A DNA stretch of 64,000 bases from an uncultured delta proteobacterium (GCA_963705115.1 CAVPIX010000010.1:1165461-1229460), one strand, 5' to 3'; positions 17,996 through 28,428 are shown, numbered from the stretch's first letter. Notes: a model not told the origin generated them from the sequence alone. A program made the numbers and translations.

Positions 17996-20512
17996 ATGAT
18001 ATCGCCAACCAAAGAAAAAGCCGTGGGCTATGTGGTCATCCATGGCCATTTTTACCAGCCCCCCCGGGAAAATCCCTGGATTGAGAAGATCGAAGAGGAG
18101 GTCAGCGCCCGCCCCTTTCATGACTGGAACAGCCGGATAACCGCGGAGTGCTATAATCCCAACAGTTGCGCCCGCATCTATGACGGCGACCGCCGCATCC
18201 TGGATATTGTCAATAATTACGAAAAAATCAGTTTCAACTTCGGGCCCACCCTGCTCGCCTGGCTGGAGGTGCACGCCCCCGCCACCTACCAGCGCCTGCT
18301 GGCCGCGGACCGCCAGAGCCTGGCCCGCCTAAGGCACGGCAATGCCATCGCCCAGGTCTACAACCACATCATCCTGCCCCTGGCCAACGCCCGGGACCGG
18401 GAAACCGAGGTGATTTGGGGGCTCAAGGATTTTCAGCACCGCTTCGGCCGGGAGCCCGAGGCCATGTGGCTGCCGGAAACTGCGGTGGATTATCCCACCC
18501 TGGCCACCCTGGCGGACCACGGCATGAAGTATGTCATCCTGTCCCCCTACCAGGCCCGCCGGGTGCGTCCCCTGGAGGGCGGCGCCTGGGAAAACGTCCA
18601 GGCCCGCACCCTGGACACCACCCAGGCCTACCGCTGTTTTCTGCCCACTAGTTCCGGCGCCCCGGACGATAGCCGGTACATCGACGTGTTCTTTTACGAC
18701 GGCGAGGTGGCCTCAGACATGAGCTTCGGGAATCTCCTGAAGGACAGCAAAGACATCGTGGGCCGCCTGGAGGCCGGCTTCCGGCCTGACCTGTCCCGGC
18801 CTCAGCTCCTGAACGTAGCCACTGATGGTGAAAATTACGGGCATCATCACATGTGGGGGGAATTGGCCCTGGCCTATGCCCTGGAAAAGGTTTTTCCCCA
18901 GCGTGGCTTTGTCCTGACCAACTATGCCGCTTTTCTGGAAGCCGCGCCCCCCCGGATTCGGGTGGAATTGGAGATGGGCCCCAAAAAGGAAGGCAGCGCT
19001 TGGAGTTGCGCCCATGGGGTGGGACGCTGGAAAGAGGACTGCGGTTGCTCCACGGGCGGCCTCCCCAACTGGAACCAACGGTGGCGAACCCCTCTCCGGG
19101 AAGCCTTTGATTTCCTGAATGACCGCCTGGCCCATATTTATGAGGAGGAAAGCGCCCGCTACCTCAAAGACCCCTGGGCCGCCCGCAACGACTATATTGA
19201 GGTCATCCTGGACCGCCGGGAGGAAACCATTGAGCAGTTTTTTTCCCGGCACGCGGTCAATGATTTGGCTCCCCAGGCCTGGTTGCACCCGCTGCGGCTG
19301 TTGGAGATGCAGCGCCATACCCTGTTGATGTACACGAGCTGCGGCTGGTTTTTTACGGATCTCTCGGGTCTGGAAACCATCCAGATCATGAAATACGCGG
19401 CCAGGGCCCTGCAACTGGGCACCTATCTCACCCATGAGCCCCTGGAGGAGCCCTTTCTCAAGATTCTGGAGCAGGCCCAGAGCAACATCCCCGAAGAAGG
19501 CAACGGCCGGGATATTTTTGTGCGCCGGGTCAAGCCCGCGGTGGTGGACTTCCACAAGGTGGCCAACCAATGGGCCATTTCCTGGCTCAAGGACCGGGAG
19601 CATAAGTGCCCCCACCACATTTATCACTTTCGGGTGAAGCCCCTGGATCTGGAGGTGCAAACCCAGGGGACCCTGGACCTGGCCAGCGGCCGCCTGCAAG
19701 TGACCTCGGGCGTCACCTGGCGGCAAGAGATCCTGAGCTTTTTCACGGTTCATCTAGGAAGTTACCTCTACCGTACCCAAATTGTCCAGAACCAGGACTC
19801 CGAAGACTTCCTGGCGCTGAACCGGGAATTATTCCGTGTCCTTAACCAGACCCCGGAAAATCTTATCCCTTCTTTAGCCGGCCGCCTGGGTGAACGCTAT
19901 TACACGGTGCACGATATTTTCCAGGAAGAAAAAGAGCAGATTTTTCAGGACCTGCTGGCGGAGAATCGGGAAGATGCCCTGGCCGATCTGGCGCACCATT
20001 TCAGCAATGCGGCCCCTGTCTTGCGGGCTATGGCAACGGAAGGCCTCCCCCTTCCCCGTCTTTATGAAGTCCTCGGGGAGATTACCTTAAACCGCCGCCT
20101 GGTGACCATCCTGCGCAGCCTGGAGCCTCAGCCGGAGCTGTTGCCCGACTCGGAGGAGATGCAGGAGCTGCTCCAGGAAGCAATGCTGTTCAAATTCAAG
20201 CTGGAGTCCCACGAAGGCGCGCATATTCTGCGCCGGATTTTAGACCACCTGCTCATGGACCTGGCCTCGGAGTTTAACCAGGGGACCGCGGACACCCTGA
20301 TGGAATTCCTCACCGTGCAGCAGGGCATCCCCATCACCCTGGATACCACCGAAGCCCAGAACTTTTTCTTCGGTTTCATGAAGGAACATTTTCCTGCCCA
20401 GGCGGCCCGGGCTGCCAGGGACCCCCAGGTCCGGCGCCTGGCGGACGCCCTGGTCCGGATTGCTGAAGCCCTGAAATTCAGCCCTGAGCCTTATCAGCGC
20501 CTGTTGGTTTGA
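17996..20512 (+). CDS. glycoside hydrolase family 57 protein with DUF3536-like C-terminal domain
   Basis: HGHFYQPPRENPW N-terminal GH57 signature. Length of 838 aa. Confidence 0.8.
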   Translation: MISPTKEKAVGYVVIHGHFYQPPRENPWIEKIEEEVSARPFHDWNSRITAECYNPNSCARIYDGDRRILDIVNNYEKISFNFGPTLLAWLEVHAPATYQRLLAADRQSLARLRHGNAIAQVYNHIILPLANARDRETEVIWGLKDFQHRFGREPEAMWLPETAVDYPTLATLADHGMKYVILSPYQARRVRPLEGGAWENVQARTLDTTQAYRCFLPTSSGAPDDSRYIDVFFYDGEVASDMSFGNLLKDSKDIVGRLEAGFRPDLSRPQLLNVATDGENYGHHHMWGELALAYALEKVFPQRGFVLTNYAAFLEAAPPRIRVELEMGPKKEGSAWSCAHGVGRWKEDCGCSTGGLPNWNQRWRTPLREAFDFLNDRLAHIYEEESARYLKDPWAARNDYIEVILDRREETIEQFFSRHAVNDLAPQAWLHPLRLLEMQRHTLLMYTSCGWFFTDLSGLETIQIMKYAARALQLGTYLTHEPLEEPFLKILEQAQSNIPEEGNGRDIFVRRVKPAVVDFHKVANQWAISWLKDREHKCPHHIYHFRVKPLDLEVQTQGTLDLASGRLQVTSGVTWRQEILSFFTVHLGSYLYRTQIVQNQDSEDFLALNRELFRVLNQTPENLIPSLAGRLGERYYTVHDIFQEEKEQIFQDLLAENREDALADLAHHFSNAAPVLRAMATEGLPLPRLYEVLGEITLNRRLVTILRSLEPQPELLPDSEEMQELLQEAMLFKFKLESHEGAHILRRILDHLLMDLASEFNQGTADTLMEFLTVQQGIPITLDTTEAQNFFFGFMKEHFPAQAARAARDPQVRRLADALVRIAEALKFSPEPYQRLLV

Positions 20513-20674
20513 GAAGCCAAGGGAAGCGGCCGATGGGTTGGGTGTCCCCGCCCGCCAACTGTGGATTTTCTTGTTGCAGAACCAGAGCAGGGAATGTAGG
20601 GCGGGCACTGCCCGCCGTGAAGATGCCCAGGGCACGCGACATCATCTTGAAACCTTGAACTTTCCGGAGCTCCC

Positions 20675-21268
20675 ATGTCCCTGACTGCAAGACTGGCTGA
20701 GGCCGTGGCGGAAGCCAATGACCTGAAAAACCGGGTGGTGGCGGAGCAGGCCGACAAGGTGGCCGCGGCCGCGAGGCTCCTGGCCGGCGTCCTCCAAGGG
20801 GGAGGGAAAATCCTTCTCTTTGGCAACGGGGGCAGCGCCGCGGACGCCCAGCACCTGGCCGCGGAGTTTGTCAACCGCTTCCAAATCGAACGCCCGCCCC
20901 TGGCCGCGGTGGCCCTCACCACGGACACCTCCATCCTTACCAGTATCGCCAATGACTATGATTTCCTGGAAGTGTTCGCCAAGCAGGTCAAGGCCCTGGG
21001 ACGGCCGGGGGACGCGGCTGTGGGCTTCAGTACCAGCGGCAACTCCGGCAATGTGGTGCAGGGCCTGGAAGCCGCCCGGCAACTGGGCCTTAAAACCCTG
21101 GCCTTGAGCGGCGGCCAGGGCGGTCCCGTGGCCGCCGCGGCCGACCTGGCCATCGTGGTGCCCTCGGCCAACACCCCCCGTATCCAGGAGGTGCACATCA
21201 CCATCGGGCATGTGCTCTGCGACCTGGTGGATTTCCTGCTGTTTCCGGAGAAATTCCGGGGAGATTAA
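20675..21268 (+). CDS. gmhA: SIS-domain phosphoheptose isomerase (GmhA-like)
   Basis: FGNGGSAADAQHLAAEFVNRF and STSGNS motifs. Confidence 0.8.
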   Translation: MSLTARLAEAVAEANDLKNRVVAEQADKVAAAARLLAGVLQGGGKILLFGNGGSAADAQHLAAEFVNRFQIERPPLAAVALTTDTSILTSIANDYDFLEVFAKQVKALGRPGDAAVGFSTSGNSGNVVQGLEAARQLGLKTLALSGGQGGPVAAAADLAIVVPSANTPRIQEVHITIGHVLCDLVDFLLFPEKFRGD

Positions 21269-21401
21269 AATACTCCCAAGTGGTCAGTTTCAGAAAAACG
21301 GTAGCGTCTTGATGATGTTTTGAAGACAGACATAACAAGTTTTTCAGTAACATAATTATCCTGATCAACCCGTCCTTCTCAAGCAAGAGAGCCGGAGCGC
21401 C

Positions 21402-22349
21402 ATGACCCCCATCGACCCCCTTTCTCTGGAAGGCCTGACCACCTATAGCTTAAAAGACCGCCCCTCCAAGGTGAGCCATGGAGACTTTGCCCGACCCTGG
21501 GTCAGGGGGGGGAAGTTTACGGACTTCCTGGAGGGCCTGCCGAATATCCTGGCGGGCCAGGGTCTAAGGGACCTAGCTGCGGCCTGGGTCCTGGCCCGCC
21601 GGGCCGAGCGGCCGGTCCTCTTGGGCATGGGGGCCCATCCCCTGAAGGTGGGCCTGGGTCCCATCCTCATCGATCTAATCAAGCGGGGCCTCATCACCGG
21701 CCTGGCGGTGAACGGTGCGGTCATCATCCACGACGCCGAAATCGCCATGGTGGGGCGCACCTCCGAGGATGTGGACCAGGTCTTGGGCACCGGACAGTTC
21801 GGCATGGCCCGGGAGACCGCCGAATTTTTGAATGAAGCCACTGCCTGGGGCGCGCAGGAGGGCCTGGGCCTGGGGCAGGCGGTGGCCCGCCGCCTGCATC
21901 AAAGCGATTTCCCTTATAAGCACCTGAGTCTCCTGGCCGCAGCCGCGGCCCAGGATCTCCCCGCCACCGTCCATGTGGCCGTGGGCACGGACATCATTCA
22001 CCTGCATCCCTCCCTGAACCCCGGGGCCCTGGGGGAAACCACCCACAGGGACTTCCGGTTTTTTGCGGCCCAGGTGAGCCGATTGGCCGGAGGGATGTAT
22101 ATCAATCTCGGGTCCGCCGTGATTCTCCCGGAAGTGTTCCTTAAGGCCTTGACCCTGGCCCGCAACCTGGGCCACCGGGTGGAGCCCCTGACCACCGTCA
22201 ACCTGGACTTTGTCCAGCACTACCGCCCCCTCACCAACGTGGTGCGGCGGCCCACAGCCGGGGCAGGCCAGGGCTATGCCCTCACCGGCCACCATGAGAT
22301 TCTGGTGCCCCTGCTGGCTGCCTGTGTCATTGAAGGAATGGAGGTTTGA
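21402..22349 (+). CDS. deoxyhypusine-synthase-like family protein (uncertain)
   Basis: LGMGAHPLKVGLGPILIDLIKRGLITGLAVNGAVIIHDAE resembles bacterial DHS-like proteins. Recognised only by eye. Confidence 0.35.
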   Translation: MTPIDPLSLEGLTTYSLKDRPSKVSHGDFARPWVRGGKFTDFLEGLPNILAGQGLRDLAAAWVLARRAERPVLLGMGAHPLKVGLGPILIDLIKRGLITGLAVNGAVIIHDAEIAMVGRTSEDVDQVLGTGQFGMARETAEFLNEATAWGAQEGLGLGQAVARRLHQSDFPYKHLSLLAAAAAQDLPATVHVAVGTDIIHLHPSLNPGALGETTHRDFRFFAAQVSRLAGGMYINLGSAVILPEVFLKALTLARNLGHRVEPLTTVNLDFVQHYRPLTNVVRRPTAGAGQGYALTGHHEILVPLLAACVIEGMEV

Positions 22350-22350
22350 G

Positions 22351-22728
22351 ATGCCCACCGACATCGTCATTATTGCCGGAGATCTGCGGGTGGAGGGCCA
22401 GTTGACAGACACCCCAACGGCCCAGGCCCTGGCCGCGGCCCTCCCCATTGAAGGCAAGGCCCAACTCTGGGGGGATGAAATTTATTTTCCCGTGCCCCAG
22501 GTGGTGCAGGAACTGGACGACACCGCCGCGGTGGTGGTCCAGGTGGGGGATATCGGCTACTGGCCCCCGGGCCGGGCCCTCTGTCTTTTTTTCGGGATGA
22601 CCCCGTCAAGTGTACCTGGAGAAATTCGCCCGGCCAGCGCCGTCAACCTGGTGGGGCGGATCGGCGGCGATCCCTGCTGCCTGAAAATGGTGCCGGAAGG
22701 GGCCCCGGTGCGGGTGGAGCGGCAATAA
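22351..22728 (+). CDS. cyclophilin-like fold protein (PF04126-like)
   Basis: Internal ATG after GGAGG. Motifs WGDEIYF...GDIGYWPPGRALCLFFG. Confidence 0.55.
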   Translation: MPTDIVIIAGDLRVEGQLTDTPTAQALAAALPIEGKAQLWGDEIYFPVPQVVQELDDTAAVVVQVGDIGYWPPGRALCLFFGMTPSSVPGEIRPASAVNLVGRIGGDPCCLKMVPEGAPVRVERQ

Positions 22729-22937
22729 TAAGGCGGTCCCACTTTTTTCCGGTCGCTCTCAAAGTGTTTCGAAAAAAAGGTTTCCCTGGTTCCCCTAAGC
22801 TCAGTATTCGCCAGGCCTTCCCTGGCAGGGTTCTCAGGGCTAGATGAGAAGAATTATTGGGGATGGGGTGCGTTTCGAAAATTATATATTATATTAATAA
22901 GTAGGCCTTCAGAGCCGGCAATACCAAAGAGGGAGCC

Positions 22938-22964
22938 AGAGCGCCAAAATACCGCTCTTTTTTT
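22938..22964 (+). terminator. short hairpin plus T6, possible terminator
   Basis: AGAGCG-ccaaaatac-CGCTCT-TTTTTT. Confidence 0.4.
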
Positions 22965-23028
22965 GTCTGCGCGGCGAGTCGGTCATTGCCCAAACGCGGT
23001 TCCCATGCGGTTCCCATAAGGAGTTTCC

Positions 23029-23250
23029 ATGCCAATTTTTGAGTTTCTTTGCCAGAATTGCGGCAAAGAATTTGAACGTCTGGTCTTTAAGAGCGATGAA
23101 GTGGTGGAGTGCCCGGAGTGCGGCCAGCAGAGCGTCAACAAACTCATGAGCGCCTGCTCCGCCAAGGTGGGGTATAAATTCACCTCCGGTTCCAAGCCGG
23201 CCAGCTCCTGCACCGGCTGTTCGGCCACCTCCTGCAGCACCTGCGGTTAG
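23029..23250 (+). CDS. FmdB-family zinc-ribbon protein
   Basis: MPIFEFLCQNCG...CPECG; Cys-rich C-terminus. Confidence 0.75.
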   Translation: MPIFEFLCQNCGKEFERLVFKSDEVVECPECGQQSVNKLMSACSAKVGYKFTSGSKPASSCTGCSATSCSTCG

Positions 23251-23259
23251 GGGGAGTCG

Positions 23260-24192
23260 TTGCCGCGACCCGTCCGCATCGGCACCCGGGGCAGCCCCCT
23301 GGCCCTGACCCAGACCCGCTGGGTGGAAGCCCGGCTTCTGGAGCAGCATCCGGGTCTCGTCACTGAGCTGGTCATCATCAAAACCACCGGCGACCAGCTC
23401 AAAGATGTGCCCCTGGCCCAGGTGGGGGGCAAGGGCCTGTTTATCAAGGAGATCGAAGAGGCCCTCTTGGCCGGGGAAGTTGATCTGGCCATCCACAGCT
23501 TAAAGGATATGCCCGCGGAAATGCCTCCGGGGTGCGTCCTGGGGGCCGTGCCGCCGAGGGAGGATTGCCGGGATGCCTTCATTTCCCAGCGCTACGCCTC
23601 CCTTATGGAAATCCCCGCCGGGGGCCGGGTGGGCACCGGCAGCCTGAGGCGCAAAGTCCAGGTTCTCCACCGCCGTCCGGACCTGGAAGTGGTGCATCTT
23701 AGGGGCAACGTGGACACGCGCCTGCGCAAACTCGAAACCGAGGGGCTGGATGCCATTATTCTGGCCGCGGCCGGGCTCAAGCGCCTGGGGCTTGGCCATA
23801 TTCCCCGGGGGTATCTGGCCGCCACCGAGATGCTCCCCGCCATCGGCCAGGGAGCCCTCGGATTGGAGGTGCGGGCTGGGGACCAGGAGATGCTGGATCT
23901 CTTGGCTCCCCTGAATCATGTGCCCACCCAGGTGGCTGTCACCGCGGAACGGGCCTTTCTGGCCCGCCTGGAAGGGGGCTGCCTGGTGCCGGTGGCCGCT
24001 CTGGGGAGCTTGGCGGATGGCGTCCTCAGCCTGGAGGCCCTGATCAGCGACCTGGAAGGCAAGCAGGTTCTCCAGGATCGCTTGACTGGTCCCCCCAAAG
24101 AGGCCGCCAGCATGGGGCGCCTCCTGGCGGAGATGCTCCTGGACCGGGGCGGTCGGGAAATCCTCCAGGCAATTTACGGCAGGTCTCTTTAG
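23260..24192 (+). CDS. hemC: hydroxymethylbilane synthase (porphobilinogen deaminase)
   Basis: RIGTRGSPLALTQT N-terminus and GGCLVPVAA near the cofactor Cys. Confidence 0.9.
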   Translation: MPRPVRIGTRGSPLALTQTRWVEARLLEQHPGLVTELVIIKTTGDQLKDVPLAQVGGKGLFIKEIEEALLAGEVDLAIHSLKDMPAEMPPGCVLGAVPPREDCRDAFISQRYASLMEIPAGGRVGTGSLRRKVQVLHRRPDLEVVHLRGNVDTRLRKLETEGLDAIILAAAGLKRLGLGHIPRGYLAATEMLPAIGQGALGLEVRAGDQEMLDLLAPLNHVPTQVAVTAERAFLARLEGGCLVPVAALGSLADGVLSLEALISDLEGKQVLQDRLTGPPKEAASMGRLLAEMLLDRGGREILQAIYGRSL

Positions 24193-24263
24193 CGAAAAGT
24201 TTACCTTGACTTTTTGGGAAAAATCGTTTAACTTAAACGCACTTCTTCCAAGGGGGATAAACG

Positions 24264-24875
24264 GTGCTGGGTCAAAGGGGGAAGACCTGGCTGGGTGCCA
24301 TTTTCTGGTTTCTCATCATGGCAACGGCCATCTGCCCGGCTGCAGCGGATGCTGCAGTAATGGGTACTTATGTGTCTCGGGGTTGGCCGGCGCCGTTTAT
24401 GGTGGTCACCGCGCCCAGCTCCCTGGAAGCCCAGCTCTTCGGAGACCGTCCTGCCTCGACCCTGCCTTTGACGCCGCAATCTCATCTTCAGGACCTGTGC
24501 TCCGGCCTGGAAGGGAGCCAGGGCGAAAGCACTCTCCGTCTTCCCAAGAATTTTCGCATTTCTTTCCGGTATAACAGCGACAATACGGGGAGCAGCCCCG
24601 AACGTTTCAACCAGTCGCCTCTCCTGTTCAAGTATTCCATGGATTACTGCTTTTCCTCCAAGCTGAAGGTCGGCTTGAGTGGATTTTTATACCAGCCGCC
24701 GGCCGACAACCTTTCCTTTTTGCGCCAGAGAAACGATTTGGTCATGGGCTGGGGCCCGAGCCTGAAGTATGACCTCGGGCGTTGGGGTTTCACCTTCCAG
24801 GGCCAGGTGGACAAGTTCCGGTCCGAGGAAGAAAAGGACCTCAAGGGCTGGTTCAGGGTCTGGTACGCCTTTTAA
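24264..24875 (+). CDS. putative small outer-membrane beta-barrel protein
   Basis: Signal-peptide-like N-terminus, alternating beta-strand pattern, terminal ...VWYAF aromatic signature. Confidence 0.35.
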   Translation: MLGQRGKTWLGAIFWFLIMATAICPAAADAAVMGTYVSRGWPAPFMVVTAPSSLEAQLFGDRPASTLPLTPQSHLQDLCSGLEGSQGESTLRLPKNFRISFRYNSDNTGSSPERFNQSPLLFKYSMDYCFSSKLKVGLSGFLYQPPADNLSFLRQRNDLVMGWGPSLKYDLGRWGFTFQGQVDKFRSEEEKDLKGWFRVWYAF

Positions 24876-24893
24876 TCCTGCCTCGCTTCGTCT

Positions 24894-25604
24894 TTGCTCC
24901 CGCCGGTGCATTTTGCAGCCCCCCTCATTCCCGGCTTTTTCCTGAGGCGTGAAAAGCGCTTTTTAGTCGAGGTGGAACTCCGCGACCGCCGCCGCCTCTG
25001 GGCTCATGTCCCCAACACCGGCGCCCTCACCGGCTGCCTGGTTCCCGGTCAGGAAATACTGCTCACCGACGATTCCCGCCCCGGCCGCAAGACTTCCCAT
25101 ACCTGGCGCTTCTGTAAAGCCCAGGAGCATTGGGTGTGTGTGGATACCCTGGTTCCCAACCGCCTTGTGGCGGAGGCCCTGGCCGGGCCAGGCCTGCCGG
25201 GGCTGCCCCGTTTGATGAGCCACCGGGCCGAGGTGACCTTGCCCCGGGGCTGCCGCCTGGATTTTGTGGCCGACCTGGGGGAGCGGCTGCTGTTTATGGA
25301 GGTGAAAAGTGTCACCTGGGTGGAAGACGGCATGGCTTTGTTTCCCGACGGGGTGACTGCCCGGGGGCGGCGGCACCTGGAAGAGTTGGCCAAACTTGCG
25401 GCCCAGGGCCATGCGGCCTGGCAGGTTTTTGTGGTGCAGCGGCCCGACGCGGTGCGCTTTCGCCCGGCAGCCGCGGTGGACCCGGCTTATGCCGAGGAAT
25501 TGAGCCGGGCGGCCGCGGCGGGGGTGAACATTCTGGTCCTGCAAGAAAATGTCAACCCCCCGGAAATTACCCTTGCCGATCCCCTGCCTTTTGATTTATA
25601 TTAA
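24894..25604 (+). CDS. sfsA: sugar fermentation stimulation protein SfsA
   Basis: RREKRFLVEVEL...AHVPNTGAL is the family pattern. Confidence 0.8.
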   Translation: MLPPVHFAAPLIPGFFLRREKRFLVEVELRDRRRLWAHVPNTGALTGCLVPGQEILLTDDSRPGRKTSHTWRFCKAQEHWVCVDTLVPNRLVAEALAGPGLPGLPRLMSHRAEVTLPRGCRLDFVADLGERLLFMEVKSVTWVEDGMALFPDGVTARGRRHLEELAKLAAQGHAAWQVFVVQRPDAVRFRPAAAVDPAYAEELSRAAAAGVNILVLQENVNPPEITLADPLPFDLY

Positions 25605-25668
25605 CCTCTCGTCAACCCTGTGCTTATAGCCAGCTAATAAATCTCCCGTTAATAAGAAGCTTCCGGCC

Positions 25669-26622
25669 ATGCACAACAATGTCCCCCGGATATTTACCGG
25701 CAATGCTAACCCGGGGCTGGCCCAAAAAATCTGCGCCCAACTCGATGTTTCCCTGGGTCAGGCTTTGGTCGCTGCCTTCAGTGACGGCGAAATCCGGGTG
25801 GAAATCGGCGAAAATGTGCGGGGCCGCGACGTATTTCTCATCCAGCCCACCTGCCCCCCCACCAACCACAACCTGATGGAGCTTTTAATTATGATTGACG
25901 CGGTGAAACGGGCCAGCGCCCGGCGCATCACCGCAGTCATTCCCTATTTCGGCTACGCCCGTCAGGACCGCAAGGTGGCCCCCCGGGTGCCCATCACCGC
26001 CAAGCTGGTGGCCGATCTGCTCACCACCGCGGGAGCCGACCGCATCCTCACCATGGATCTGCACGCCGGCCAGCTCCAGGGCTTTTTCGACATTCCGGTG
26101 GACAACCTCTATGCCTCTCCCTTGATGATTCCTTATATCATCAAGAACTTTAACCACGACCTGGCCATTGTTTCCCCGGATGCCGGCGGCGTGCCCCGGG
26201 CCCGGGCCTACGCCAAGCGTCTGGGGGCCTCCCTGGGCCTCATCGATAAAAGGCGGGACGCGCCGGGTAAAGCCAAGGCCATGAACCTCATCGGGGACGT
26301 CATGGGCAAAGAAGTGGTTATCCTGGATGACATCATCGACACCGCGGGCACCCTGTCCGAAGCGGCCCAGGTCATCATCCAGAACGGCGCCCGTAAAATC
26401 TACGCCTGCTGCACCCATGCCGTCCTTTCCGGCCCGGCGGTGGAGCGCATCCGCAACTCGGAGTTGAATCAACTGGTGGTCACCGACACCATCCCCTTAA
26501 GCGAAGCCGCGCAGAATTGCCCGAAAATCGTGCAACTGTCGGTTGCCGACCTCCTGGCCCGGGCCATATTGGGCATCCATCAGGAAGACTCCATCAGTTC
26601 TCTGTTTGAGATTCATTTTTAA
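25669..26622 (+). CDS. prs: ribose-phosphate pyrophosphokinase
   Basis: Full-length Prs pattern ([41 protein letters not shown]). Confidence 0.95.
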   Translation: MHNNVPRIFTGNANPGLAQKICAQLDVSLGQALVAAFSDGEIRVEIGENVRGRDVFLIQPTCPPTNHNLMELLIMIDAVKRASARRITAVIPYFGYARQDRKVAPRVPITAKLVADLLTTAGADRILTMDLHAGQLQGFFDIPVDNLYASPLMIPYIIKNFNHDLAIVSPDAGGVPRARAYAKRLGASLGLIDKRRDAPGKAKAMNLIGDVMGKEVVILDDIIDTAGTLSEAAQVIIQNGARKIYACCTHAVLSGPAVERIRNSELNQLVVTDTIPLSEAAQNCPKIVQLSVADLLARAILGIHQEDSISSLFEIHF

Positions 26623-26658
26623 TAGTCCAATGGAGCAGCGAGGCTAAGCCTGGCGTCA

Positions 26659-26693
26659 GCACAGGTTGAAAACCTGTGCCACCAGTTTTTTTT
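26659..26693 (+). terminator. rho-independent terminator after prs (built from a GCACAGG..CCTGTGC repeat module)
   Basis: GCACAGGTT-gaa-AACCTGTGC, then caccag, then T8. Confidence 0.65.
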
Positions 26694-26853
26694 CTTATTC
26701 TGCTTCCATAACGCGGGGAAACTATGGTGGCACAGGTGTCCTCACCTGTGCCCGCGTGAGGATAACAACTGCGCCTCCAACTTCCCCCGCCGGTTCACCT
26801 ATTTCATTGACAATGGGCCTATTCTCCGTTTACATTTAGTATTTTAAAACATT

Positions 26854-28185
26854 ATGGCTATAATTCGCGCCATTCGCGGCATGAAAGATATTTTGCCACC
26901 CGAAACTTCGCGGTGGCAGTGGGTGGAGACCAAGGCCCGCCAGACCTTTGAGCGCTACGGGTATGGAGAGGTGCGTCTGCCCCTGCTGGAAAAAACTGAG
27001 CTTTTCGCCCGCAGCATAGGCAGTGACACGGATATTGTGGCCAAGGAGATGTACACCTTCACCGACCGTCGGGGCGACTCCCTGACCCTGCGGCCGGAGG
27101 CCACCGCCCAGGTGGTGCGGGCCTGCCTGGAAAACGGCCTGATGAAGGCCCCGGGGGTGAAAAAGCTTTATCTCATGGGGCCTATGTTCCGCTATGAGCG
27201 GCCCCAGAAAGGGCGCTACCGCCAGTTTCACCAGATCAACTGCGAGGCCCTGGGGAGCGACGCCCCGGAACTGGACGCGGAAGTCATCCTCATGCTGGTG
27301 GACCTCCTGGGGCAATTGGGGATCAAGGACCTGCGCCTGCTCATCAATTCTCTGGGGTGCCCCGAGTGCACGGTGGACTTCAAGGCCCAGCTCAAACTTT
27401 TTCTGGCCGCCCAGGAGGGCTGGTGTGACGACTGCCGGCGTCGTCTGGACACCAACCCCCTGCGGGTCCTGGACTGCAAGTCCCAACACTGCCAATCCTT
27501 GCTGGTGGGTTCCCCCACCATGGAGGACAGCCTCTGCGAGGACTGTTCCCGGCACTATAAACGGGTGCAGTTTCTTCTGGATGGAGTTGGGGTGGCTTAC
27601 GAGAAAAAGCCGCACCTGGTGCGGGGCCTGGATTACTACACCCGCACGGCCTTTGAAGTGACCGCGGCGGGTCTCGGGGCCCAGGACTCGGTGGCCGGCG
27701 GCGGACGGTATAACGGCTTGGTAAAAGATTTAGGTGGTCCCGACATCCCAGGGATCGGTTTTGGTATCGGGGAAGAAAGGATAATTGAGTTATTACAATC
27801 AGATTACAATAAAGAATCTCAACTAAAGGTTTTCTTAGCCGCCATAGGTAACAGAGCTCAAGAGGAGGCTTTTTCTATTCTTCAAGATTTAAGAAAGGCA
27901 GGCATTTCGGCAGTAATGGATTTTGAGAACAAGTCACTAAAATCACAACTAAAAATAGCGGATAAATTAGAGGCAAAGGTTGCAATAATATTGGGTGATC
28001 AAGAACTAGAGAAAAGAGTAGTGGGAATTAGACCTTTGAGAGACTTTGTTTTAATTCAAGAGGGTGGGAAATACAATTTGGTAGAAATCAAAGAAAAACA
28101 ATTTGTTGGACAAGTCTTTCAACAAGAAGAAATTGGTCTTGAGAGCTTAATCGATCATCTGTCTATAACCTATTTCAAGACCTAA
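26854..28185 (+). CDS. hisS: histidine--tRNA ligase (3' ~465 nt of sharply lower GC)
   Basis: AIRGMKDILP, class II motifs, GGGRYNGL. The anticodon-binding domain is encoded by AT-rich DNA. Confidence 0.9.
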   Translation: MAIIRAIRGMKDILPPETSRWQWVETKARQTFERYGYGEVRLPLLEKTELFARSIGSDTDIVAKEMYTFTDRRGDSLTLRPEATAQVVRACLENGLMKAPGVKKLYLMGPMFRYERPQKGRYRQFHQINCEALGSDAPELDAEVILMLVDLLGQLGIKDLRLLINSLGCPECTVDFKAQLKLFLAAQEGWCDDCRRRLDTNPLRVLDCKSQHCQSLLVGSPTMEDSLCEDCSRHYKRVQFLLDGVGVAYEKKPHLVRGLDYYTRTAFEVTAAGLGAQDSVAGGGRYNGLVKDLGGPDIPGIGFGIGEERIIELLQSDYNKESQLKVFLAAIGNRAQEEAFSILQDLRKAGISAVMDFENKSLKSQLKIADKLEAKVAIILGDQELEKRVVGIRPLRDFVLIQEGGKYNLVEIKEKQFVGQVFQQEEIGLESLIDHLSITYFKT

Positions 28186-28240
28186 GCTATGCCTTAAGTA
28201 TGTCATCAACCCATAAGAACTTATGGTGGGAGGTTTTAAG

Positions 28241-28321
28241 TCCCCCTTTTCTAAAGGGGGATTTAGGGGGATTATTGAACGCATATTTAATCCCCCCCTA
28301 CCCCCCTTTAGAAAAGGGGGG
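28241..28321 (+). repeat. 81-nt multi-hairpin intergenic element (CCCCCTTTTCTAAAGGGGG...CCCCCCTTTAGAAAAGGGGGG), copy 1
   Basis: Near-identical copy at 30311-30395 in the same orientation. Confidence 0.8.
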
Positions 28322-28428
28322 ATGATTCCTTTCCTCCTTAATCTCGGTTGTTGGATTGAAGGTGAAGCTGGAAACAATTCTGATAATGACTTTTAGTTAG
28401 TAAGTGCTCCATAAGGAAGGAAATTAAC

